DNA from: Hymenobacter glaciei
GTDB taxonomy: Bacteria; Bacteroidota; Bacteroidia; Cytophagales; Hymenobacteraceae
DNA: 32,000 nt
Assembly (NCBI RefSeq): GCF_039539585.1
Contig: NZ_BAABDK010000010.1
Span: 1-32,000 of the forward strand
Reading direction: 5' to 3'
Shown: piece after piece, positions 15,250 to 22,210 of the stretch
How positions within the stretch are numbered: position 1 is the first letter of the stretch
Layout of the letters: each line of letters begins with the position of its first letter
Position numbers and translations under genes: made by a program
Notes under the pieces: model-generated
The model's input: the letters and a program-made list of their open reading frames with translations, nothing else
Told to the model about the DNA's origin: nothing
The model's database searches: none

Positions 15250-15758
15250 GGAAGTTATTGTTCGCCACCTCACTACTGGTGGCTTGTTCTGCGCCCACAG
15301 CACCACAAAGCGGTGTAGCAGAAATGGAAGCACCAGTGGCCGACAAGCACGATGCCTTGTTGGCCGCCAAAACAGGATATGACGGGCACCATTTGGGCGA
15401 CTCGCTGAGTCGCTTCACCATTTCCTCGCTAAAGCTGGTGCCCCGGCTGTGGCCGGCAGTGATGTATACGGTGCCGAGCCATACGCTACGCCTTGATACA
15501 ATTCCACTCAGCGGCATCAGCTACGAGTTTTGGCACGGCAAACTCTACCAAATCGATTTCAATTCCCGGCACTCGGGGCTGCTTGAAGCCGGCAAAATGA
15601 TGTATGGCCCAGGCGAGCAGGTTAGCCCCACCGAGTACCGTTGGCAGGGCCAACACAGCTCGGCAAGCTATACCACAAATGGCCCAATAAACTACCTGCG
15701 GGTTTTCGATAACGCAGCAGCTATACAGGTAGACTCAGCCGTCGCAACCGCACAGTAG
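15246..15758 (+). CDS. Putative lipoprotein (170 aa), translationally coupled to module B
   Basis: MRKLLFATSLLVAC has a signal peptide with an L-V-A-C lipobox. Its ATG overlaps the preceding stop (ATGA at 15246-15249). No family recognised. Confidence 0.6.
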   Translation: MRKLLFATSLLVACSAPTAPQSGVAEMEAPVADKHDALLAAKTGYDGHHLGDSLSRFTISSLKLVPRLWPAVMYTVPSHTLRLDTIPLSGISYEFWHGKLYQIDFNSRHSGLLEAGKMMYGPGEQVSPTEYRWQGQHSSASYTTNGPINYLRVFDNAAAIQVDSAVATAQ

Positions 15759-15841
15759 CACCACGCGGTGGTACGCCTGCAAGCGTCCGGGTGGTGCTAC
15801 TGCGCGGATTTACTCACCCATTTCCAAATGGGCGGCGGCTG

Positions 15842-16246
15842 TTAACGCGTCTGTGCCCAAGTACTGTCGCGCTCCACGGTGCCGAGCACTAGCTTGGCGG
15901 CCGAGAGCTGCAGGGTGCAGCGGTAAGCACCTGCAGACTCGGCTCCGGAGCGAAAGTCCTCTTGGTAGGACACGCAGAAGGCATCTTCGAACTCGAGCTG
16001 CTCGCTGAACGTGGGGCGGTTGGTTTCCAGAAAGAGCAGGGTGCCGCCCAGTTTCTTTTGCGGGTCGGTGGCCCAGGCCAACAGTTGGTCGTCGTGGGGC
16101 ACGTCGAGTTCGAGCGTGATGAGGCCGCTGCGCACTTTGGCCGCTACCCGGCCGCGCTGGGCGGTAGGTTGGCTAAATTGGTAAGCACAGTGCACAACGG
16201 GTAACTCCTGCCCAGCGAGCAGGAGAAGGCAGCGGAAGGAAGACAT
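15842..16246 (-). CDS. hcp: Hcp/TssD tube protein paralogue (134 aa), same subfamily as the N-terminus of the Hcp-lipase fusion
   Basis: It has the length and pattern of Bacteroidota TssD. It shares RGRVAAKVRSGLITLELDVPHDDQLLAW...AGAYRCTLQLSAAKL with the fusion protein (RGRTAAKVRHGLVHLALDVPDDDLLLDW...AGAYVCNLVVSATRL). Confidence 0.8.
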   Translation of the reverse strand: MSSFRCLLLLAGQELPVVHCAYQFSQPTAQRGRVAAKVRSGLITLELDVPHDDQLLAWATDPQKKLGGTLLFLETNRPTFSEQLEFEDAFCVSYQEDFRSGAESAGAYRCTLQLSAAKLVLGTVERDSTWAQTR

Positions 16247-16265
16247 GATGGGCCGGGCTAAAAAG

Positions 16266-16661
16266 TTAAACAGGCCACTTGTTGTCGAGCGTGACCTCGC
16301 CGCTGCTCAGCTTGTTCGCCGATACAGTGAGCGTCATCGTCATGCCTTGGGCAGAGCCCGAACCATCAAAATTCTTGCTCAGGCCCACGCAATAGGCTTC
16401 TTCGAACCGAATGGTTTTACGACGGGCCAGGCGGTTGGCAGCGGAGAATACCACGAGCTCACCGCTCATTTGCTTGGTGTCGTCCAGAGCCCAGTGCTGA
16501 ACCGTTTCGTCGGGTTCCGAGTCGAGCTCGACCATGAGCTGGCCGCCCTGCACGCGGGCATCGGGCCGGCCCACGGCGTCGGTGTTTTGTTGCACGCCCC
16601 AGTTGAACCGGCGGACGGTGTAGCTTTTGTTGGCGAGAATAAGCGCAGCGCTGAATGCCAT
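16266..16661 (-). CDS. hcp: Hcp/TssD tube protein paralogue (131 aa)
   Basis: I trimmed ORF 16266..16736 to the ATG at 16661 (MAFSAALILANKSYTV...). It aligns along its whole length with the hcp at 27133..27534 (GRPDARVQGGQLMVELDS vs GRPSSVVQGGVIKVTIVS; FEEAYCVGLSKNFD vs FKEAYCVGYTETFD; TVSANKL vs VISANKV). Confidence 0.8.
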   Translation of the reverse strand: MAFSAALILANKSYTVRRFNWGVQQNTDAVGRPDARVQGGQLMVELDSEPDETVQHWALDDTKQMSGELVVFSAANRLARRKTIRFEEAYCVGLSKNFDGSGSAQGMTMTLTVSANKLSSGEVTLDNKWPV

Positions 16662-16797
16662 ATAGTGGAAGGAGGAAAGTGGACGGGAAAGAACCGGCTG
16701 CAAGGTACGTAAAGCCGGCGCTATAGTCTCGCCCACCCGAGCTGGTCGCTGCGGGCCGGTTTGCCGCCTGCCCGCCCATCTGCTACCTTCGCCCCCT

Positions 16798-17223
16798 ATG
16801 AGTGCTTCGTACTACCACTTGCCGCTCGACCTGGAAGGAATTCTGGAACGCCAGCATTTGCCCCGGTGCTCGGTGCAGGAATCCATTGCCCAGCACCTCT
16901 ATCTGATGCTGACGACGTATTTCGGCGAGTCGCGCTACGAGCCTGACTTTGGCTGCCAGGTGTGGGAGCAGGACTTCGAAGCCATGACGACCATGCGCTG
17001 GAAGGACAACGTGCAACGCTCGATTGAGGAGTCCATTGGCGAGTACGAGCCGCGCCTGGCCCGGGCCCGTGTCGATGTTTCCGTGTCCGACTTCGAGCTG
17101 AAAAACGTGCAGCAGCGCATCCGCAAGCGGCTCGAAGTGAAGGTGAGCGCCGCGCTCCACCGCACCGACGAGCCGTTCCAGTTTCAGGCCAGCTTATTCG
17201 TGGCGCCGCTGTCGGTCGACTAG
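16798..17223 (+). CDS. tssE: T6SS baseplate protein TssE (GPW/gp25-like)
   Basis: 141 aa. The sequence SIAQHLYLMLTTYFGESRYEPDFGCQVWEQDFE...IEESIGEYEPRL is typical of gp25/TssE-family proteins. The gene sits directly upstream of tssF. Confidence 0.8.
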   Translation: MSASYYHLPLDLEGILERQHLPRCSVQESIAQHLYLMLTTYFGESRYEPDFGCQVWEQDFEAMTTMRWKDNVQRSIEESIGEYEPRLARARVDVSVSDFELKNVQQRIRKRLEVKVSAALHRTDEPFQFQASLFVAPLSVD

Positions 17224-17250
17224 CGGCGCATTCCCTTTCCTCCTTTCCCG

Positions 17251-19149
17251 TTGTCCGTGCTACATCCCGTTTCCTTTCCTTCGCCTACCAGCACCGATTT
17301 CCGCAAATCCAGCGTCAAAAGCCGGCTCACCCGCCAGGCCGCCGAGCTGTGGGGCTACACCGAAGCCGACCTCGACGGCTTCGACCCCTTGGTAAACCTG
17401 CTGCTCGAAGCCTGCGCCGTCGAGTTCGAGAAAGTAGGGCAGGAGCTCCACAACACCCAATACCGGCTGATTGAGCGCCTCGCTACCCTGCTCAACCCCG
17501 ACGTGGTGGACGCCCCGCACCCGGCCCATGCCATCGCGCAGGCCCAGGCCCGCGAGCCCCTGGTGATGCTGCCCGACGACGCGCAATTCGTGTTTGAGCC
17601 ACCCACGGCCGGCCGTCGCGTGGCGGGGCAGGAGCTGTTTTTTTCGCCCCTGCAAAACACCCGCCTGGTAGGTGGCGCCGTGCGCGCCCTAGCCACCGAT
17701 TCAATGGTTTGGCTAATAGAGCCCGGCGGCCAGAAGCGCCCGGTAGCGCAGGCGTTGGCCCCACCGCCTGCCACGCACCGCCGCCTCTGGGTTGGCCTGC
17801 AACTGCCGACGGAAGGCGTTGAGCTAACGGATTTGACGTTCTATTTCGACTGGCTAAACGAGCCGCGTCGTGCGGCCTACATGGCCTTTTTGCCAGGTGA
17901 AGAGTGGCGGTTGGGCAATACCTTGCTAACTCCCGTGCCGGGCCTGCCCGAAGCGGCCACTACGCCCGGAGCCACTGGTCTGCCCGACGGCCTCAACCGC
18001 GAATACGATTTCCTGCAGCGTGCCGAGCAGCATGTGCGCGAGGTGTATGCCCCGGCTTTTGTGCGGCTGCAGGCCCCGGTGGGTGCGTTGGCGGCCTACG
18101 TGCCGCGCCCGTACCCGGCCGAGCTGGCTACTGCTTTCCCTGCCCCGGCCACCGAGCTCCAGGGGCTCACGCAGCCGTTGGTATGGCTGGAGGTACGCTT
18201 TGCGCACGCGCTGCCGCCCGAGGCATTCGACCAGCTGGTGTGCGCGCTCAACTGCTTTCCGGTGCTGAACCGCCGGTTGCACAAGGTATTGTTCCGGTTG
18301 CAGCCGGCCCTCAACCTGTTCCCATTGGCCAGCGACGAGCCCTTCCTGGCCGTGCGCGACATCTACAGCCTGAGCAACGTCGCCTACCGCTCCACCACGC
18401 TCAGCGACTTGTCCGATGGCGCGACCGATACCTACACCCTGCGTACCCACGGCGTGGGGCGTTTCGACACCCGCACGGGGCGCGAGGCCCTGCGCGAGCT
18501 GCTGGAGCTGCTGCGCGACGAAAGCCGGGCCTTCACCGCTGCCGGTACCGATTTCATCGGCACCATTCTGCGCGAGCTCGACCAGAACCTGGCCCGCCTG
18601 GAAGAACGCCTCGACCGCAACCGCGCCGCCGAACAGCCGGTGCCCTACGTGCTGCTACGCCCCCAGAACGTGAACGACAGCGTGTACCTCGAATACTGGT
18701 CGAGCAACGGCGAAACTGCCAACCGCCTGGCCGCCGGCAGCCGCCTGCGCGTGCACGACAGCCATTATGTTGATGAAGTGCGCCTGCTCACGACCACCAG
18801 CGGCGGCCGTGAGCGCCCCCGCCCCGAAGAGCGCACCCACGCCCTGCGCCGCAACCTGCTGGCCCGCAACCGCCTCGTCACGCTGGCCGACATCAAAGCC
18901 GCCTGCTGGGCCGAGCTGGGCACGCACCTGGCCGCCATCGAAGTCACCAAGGCCTTCCAGACGGGCGCCACGCCTACTGCCGGCTTCGTGCGCTGCATGC
19001 GCATCAGCCTCACGCCGTCCGAGCCCAGCCGTCTGAGTGCCCCGGAGTGGCAGCGCGCTGCTCACGAGCTGCAAACCACGCTGGCCAGCCAGTCGGCTAT
19101 GAACCTGCCCTACGAGGTGGTGGTGAAACAAGTAGGAGTGGGGGTATAG
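17251..19149 (+). CDS. tssF: T6SS baseplate protein TssF
   Basis: 632-aa ORF immediately after tssE, with size and position typical of TssF. There is no ATG near the 5' end, so the start is probably TTG at 17251 or GTG at 17257. The assignment rests on context and general resemblance, not on a checked alignment. Confidence 0.7.
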   Translation: MSVLHPVSFPSPTSTDFRKSSVKSRLTRQAAELWGYTEADLDGFDPLVNLLLEACAVEFEKVGQELHNTQYRLIERLATLLNPDVVDAPHPAHAIAQAQAREPLVMLPDDAQFVFEPPTAGRRVAGQELFFSPLQNTRLVGGAVRALATDSMVWLIEPGGQKRPVAQALAPPPATHRRLWVGLQLPTEGVELTDLTFYFDWLNEPRRAAYMAFLPGEEWRLGNTLLTPVPGLPEAATTPGATGLPDGLNREYDFLQRAEQHVREVYAPAFVRLQAPVGALAAYVPRPYPAELATAFPAPATELQGLTQPLVWLEVRFAHALPPEAFDQLVCALNCFPVLNRRLHKVLFRLQPALNLFPLASDEPFLAVRDIYSLSNVAYRSTTLSDLSDGATDTYTLRTHGVGRFDTRTGREALRELLELLRDESRAFTAAGTDFIGTILRELDQNLARLEERLDRNRAAEQPVPYVLLRPQNVNDSVYLEYWSSNGETANRLAAGSRLRVHDSHYVDEVRLLTTTSGGRERPRPEERTHALRRNLLARNRLVTLADIKAACWAELGTHLAAIEVTKAFQTGATPTAGFVRCMRISLTPSEPSRLSAPEWQRAAHELQTTLASQSAMNLPYEVVVKQVGVGV

Positions 19150-19248
19150 GCCCGCAGAACCGGAATGCGTAAGCCATGTTAAAATTGCTGCTGATTTTGG
19201 GCGGGGTGGGTGTCGCTGCGCTGGGCAGCTTGGCTTGGATAGTGGCCA

Positions 19249-19713
19249 TTGGCACAGCCAGTGCTGGTGTGGCGCTACGAGTATCCCACTCAGGAGCTGC
19301 GCACCGATTCAGCCGGTCAGTTGGTTATCAAGGGATACGAAGCGTTTACCACTAATATTCTTACCGGTCCGCACCGGCCCGATGCCTTTTTGGCGCGACT
19401 GGCTTTTCCTGGCCTGTCACCCTTGTTCTACCGCTTCGAGCTGCGCCACGATGGGCCAGCACCCTACCAAGTTTTCAATACCTCGTACGATTACGACTGG
19501 GGCCACCAATGGGTGGGAGACTTCGATGCTACTGGCCGGGTCCGTAGCCAGACCAAACCCGATAAAACGGGCAAAGTCAATAGCACCGTGCCGCCTACCG
19601 GCGGGCAAACGCAGCTTTGGCAAGCCAATGCTGCCCTGCATCGGCTTGCCAAAGTAAAAACTGGCTCTCACTACGCCATCGAGCTGAACCTGCAGCAAAA
19701 TGGCGTAGAATAG
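19249..19713 (+). CDS. Hypothetical protein downstream of tssF; 5' end unresolved, possibly frameshifted from a signal-anchor ORF starting at 19176
   Basis: This frame is open only from 19243 and starts with TTG or GTG. An ATG at 19176 in another frame, 26 nt after the tssF stop, encodes MLKLLLILGGVGVAALGSLAWIVAIG..., a convincing TM/signal segment. That ORF stops at 19353-19355 (59 aa, below the track cut-off). Confidence 0.4.
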   Translation: MAQPVLVWRYEYPTQELRTDSAGQLVIKGYEAFTTNILTGPHRPDAFLARLAFPGLSPLFYRFELRHDGPAPYQVFNTSYDYDWGHQWVGDFDATGRVRSQTKPDKTGKVNSTVPPTGGQTQLWQANAALHRLAKVKTGSHYAIELNLQQNGVE

Positions 19714-19755
19714 GTCGTTGACCGCTGAAAATTAGTCAGGCTTCCAATGGCGCCC

Positions 19756-20742
19756 TTACAGCGGAGGGAAGGGGATGCCTTCGCGCTGCATCCAGGCCCG
19801 CATGGCTTGGCGAGCCGGTAGTTCTTCTTTCGTCCAGGCTTTGCCTACCACGTCGGGCTGGGCTCCGAGGGCATCCAGCTTGATGCGCCAGGCGTGGCCT
19901 TCGGGCGTTTGCTCCCACTTTTCGCGGATGGCCGCGTAGCGCTGGGCGCCGGAGGAGGGCACCGGAAACTTCACGCCCTTCGCCATCAGCAGGTGCTTGA
20001 CTTTGATTTGCCACTGGGTTGCTTGCGCATTGCCAATGTCTTTCTCCTGGGTGTTTAGCGCAATACTGCCGTTGTCCTTGCGCCAGTCGGCCCCGCGTTC
20101 GAGTAAGTAGTGCACCAATTCAAAATAATTGAGCCGGGCCAGCACAACGGCCGCCGTCGCCCCGGAGCTATCCATAGCATCAATATCAGCCCCACGGTCA
20201 AGGAGCAGCTTCATGCGCTGGTATTGGTGAGCGTACATGGCATTGTGCAAGGCCGGTTCCTTGCGTTCGTCTTTTGCATTGGGGTCAGCACCGAGGTCGA
20301 GCAGGGCCACGAGCAACTCGTCTTGGGGGCCTCCGGCGGCGATGTTGAGCAGGTGCGTGGTGTCGGTGCCGCCCTTTTCATTGGGTAAGTGCAGCGGGCG
20401 GTTGGGGTCGGCGTGGTGGGCCACCAGCGTTTTCATGGCCTTCACGTGGTGGTGGGCGTAGGCCCAGAACAGGAACGTGACGCCCTGCCGGCCTTCCTGG
20501 TTAGCATCCAGGCCCGGGTGCTGGGCAAAAACTTTGTCAAGGGCCGATATGTCGTCGGCCCGGATGGCCCGGGCCACGTCCAGCGCCGGGGATGTCGGAA
20601 AATACTCCTCCGGCGCGTGCTTGTAAATGGGATTAGTAACCGCTTGCATACAGCCAAATAGATGAAAAGGAAAAAGAAGAAATACGGCCACCGCCATGCG
20701 TAACCGCCGACTTAGCAGCCGCTGATTCACCCGTTGCTTCAT
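19756..20742 (-). CDS. Ankyrin-repeat lipoprotein; putative periplasm-facing immunity protein for the Hcp-lipase effector
   Basis: The N-terminus RMAVAVFLLFPFHLFGC has a signal peptide and a lipobox-like LFGC. Ankyrin-like repeats are present (TFLFWAYAHHHVKAMKTLVAHHADPN; LLVALLDLGADPNAKD; ALHNAMYAHQYQRMKLLLDRGADIDAMD; ELVHYLLERGADW). Its start overlaps the effector stop by 4 nt (20739-20742). Confidence 0.7.
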   Translation of the reverse strand: MKQRVNQRLLSRRLRMAVAVFLLFPFHLFGCMQAVTNPIYKHAPEEYFPTSPALDVARAIRADDISALDKVFAQHPGLDANQEGRQGVTFLFWAYAHHHVKAMKTLVAHHADPNRPLHLPNEKGGTDTTHLLNIAAGGPQDELLVALLDLGADPNAKDERKEPALHNAMYAHQYQRMKLLLDRGADIDAMDSSGATAAVVLARLNYFELVHYLLERGADWRKDNGSIALNTQEKDIGNAQATQWQIKVKHLLMAKGVKFPVPSSGAQRYAAIREKWEQTPEGHAWRIKLDALGAQPDVVGKAWTKEELPARQAMRAWMQREGIPFPPL

Positions 20743-22139
20743 GGGGCTAAGTAGTAGGTGAGGGTGGCCGTATCCACGTCTTTTTCGGCTTCAATATGGT
20801 CCACCATCTGCGGGCTGATGCCGTGGCCGTGCAACGCCATGGTTTTGGCCGCCGTGAGCGGGTTGCCTTTCACCAGCTCACTCCAGCCGTGTTTCCATTT
20901 TTCAGCGGGTGCGACCAGATGGGGCACCCCCAATGCTTTGGGTAGCACGACCCCCCGGGTAACCAGCGAAGCTTTCTGCGCGTTGTTGAGCGGGTCCGAA
21001 GTTGAACGGTAGGCATCAATCAGCGCCCCTTGCTCTTTCATCACCGACCGTGAAACTGCGTAAGGGGCGCGCTTGACCGTGTTGGTGTGCAGGCCTGCCG
21101 CGTTGAAAGTGTAACTTTTGATGCCTGTCACGACGGTTGCGGCGCTGGCTAGCCCACCGCCGAGGGAGTGGCCGGTTGTTTCCATATCGAGTGGGTCGCC
21201 TGAGTTGGCAACGCTGGTTGCTAAACTCATGGCCCGGTCATACTGCGCATCTTTCAGCCCCACGCCCTGGCGCAGGTCGGATAGAATATCCGGCTTGTCT
21301 TCCGTGCCGGCGTAAGCGATAACCAGCTTCGGAGGCCGCTCAAACGAGGATTGGTACAGTGCGGCCTTGAAGCCCGACTTCGGGTCGAGCAGCATCTCAG
21401 GCGACACGCCTTTCGCCCCTAGCTCGGCCGGGTTCAGCATGTGCCATCCCTCCGGCTCGGGTATGCGCAGCGTAGCGGGATTGCCCAGTTCATCCAGGTC
21501 AAACTCGTCGCTGTGGTACACGTGCCCGCTGAGGCGGGCACGTTCTACGGCCACATTGTTGCGTTGCAAGCGCTCCAAGGCCGTTTGAGCGGGCGCGTTG
21601 GCCACACCGGTCAGCTTCTTCTGGGCATTGGCCATCATGCTCATCCGTACATCGTAGCGTTGCTGCTTCGATAGCTCGGCCACTGCTGCGAGCGGTGCCA
21701 GGGTCTCGGACGAGGGCACGTAGGCGTACTCCCGGGCGGCGGCCGACGCCATTGCCCGAACCGGCCCACCACTTATCAGTTCCAGGCGAGTAGCGGAAAC
21801 GACAAGGTTGCATACGTAGGCGCCGGCCGTGCCATCGCCCGAAACAAACGTTTCGTGGTAGCCCACGCACTGGCCAGCCTCCCAGGACAGGGTTTCGCGG
21901 GCCGTGTGGCGCCCGGTGTCGAAAAACGTGACGTGCCCAGCAAGGGGTTTGTGTGCGGTATTGCCCCAGTCGAGCAACAGGTCATCGTCGGGCACGTCCA
22001 GCGCGAGGTGCACCAGGCCGTGGCGCACCTTGGCCGCGGTCCGGCCGCGCTCGTTGGTGGCTTGCGTAAATTCGAAGTAGCAGCGGCGCACCGGGTAGAC
22101 GCGGCCGCTCACTTCCAGCTCGGCTTGGAAAGACGCCAT
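20739..22139 (-). CDS. Hcp(TssD)-domain fused to a C-terminal alpha/beta-hydrolase (class-3-lipase-like, GHSLGG) toxin domain: specialised Hcp effector
   Basis: Aa 1-~125 are a full Hcp/TssD domain (see 15842..16246). The C-terminal part contains KLVIAYAGTEDKPDILSDLRQG...METTGHSLGGGLASAA, the GxSxG nucleophile elbow in lipase_3-like context (xAFRGT...GHSLGGALA). Later candidate catalytic residues are Asp (STSDPL) and His (ALHGHG / VDHIE). Confidence 0.75.
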   Translation of the reverse strand: MASFQAELEVSGRVYPVRRCYFEFTQATNERGRTAAKVRHGLVHLALDVPDDDLLLDWGNTAHKPLAGHVTFFDTGRHTARETLSWEAGQCVGYHETFVSGDGTAGAYVCNLVVSATRLELISGGPVRAMASAAAREYAYVPSSETLAPLAAVAELSKQQRYDVRMSMMANAQKKLTGVANAPAQTALERLQRNNVAVERARLSGHVYHSDEFDLDELGNPATLRIPEPEGWHMLNPAELGAKGVSPEMLLDPKSGFKAALYQSSFERPPKLVIAYAGTEDKPDILSDLRQGVGLKDAQYDRAMSLATSVANSGDPLDMETTGHSLGGGLASAATVVTGIKSYTFNAAGLHTNTVKRAPYAVSRSVMKEQGALIDAYRSTSDPLNNAQKASLVTRGVVLPKALGVPHLVAPAEKWKHGWSELVKGNPLTAAKTMALHGHGISPQMVDHIEAEKDVDTATLTYYLAP

Positions 22140-22210
22140 CGCAAAAGAAGTTAAGGGTAGAGGAACCCACCGGCGTTAACGTCCGGCTCTTTTCTGAGAG
22201 ACTTGGTGGT

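Noticed and set aside
15757-15832. Hairpins in the convergent spacer between the lipoprotein gene and hcp (agcaccac...gtggtgct at 15757-15800; cccatttccaaatggg at 15817-15832), considered as terminators.
   Set aside because: Neither has a U-tract on either strand, and the second has only a 2-nt loop. They may still act as terminators, but the evidence is too weak to annotate.
16662-16736. The 25-codon N-terminal extension of the hcp paralogue ORF 16266..16736.
   Set aside because: The alignment with the other Hcp proteins begins at the internal MAFSAAL, matching MASFSAV of the hcp at 27133.
19249-19713. Calling the ORF after tssF tssG on position alone.
   Set aside because: It has about 150 aa versus roughly 300 aa for TssG, I see no resemblance, and its 5' end is unresolved.
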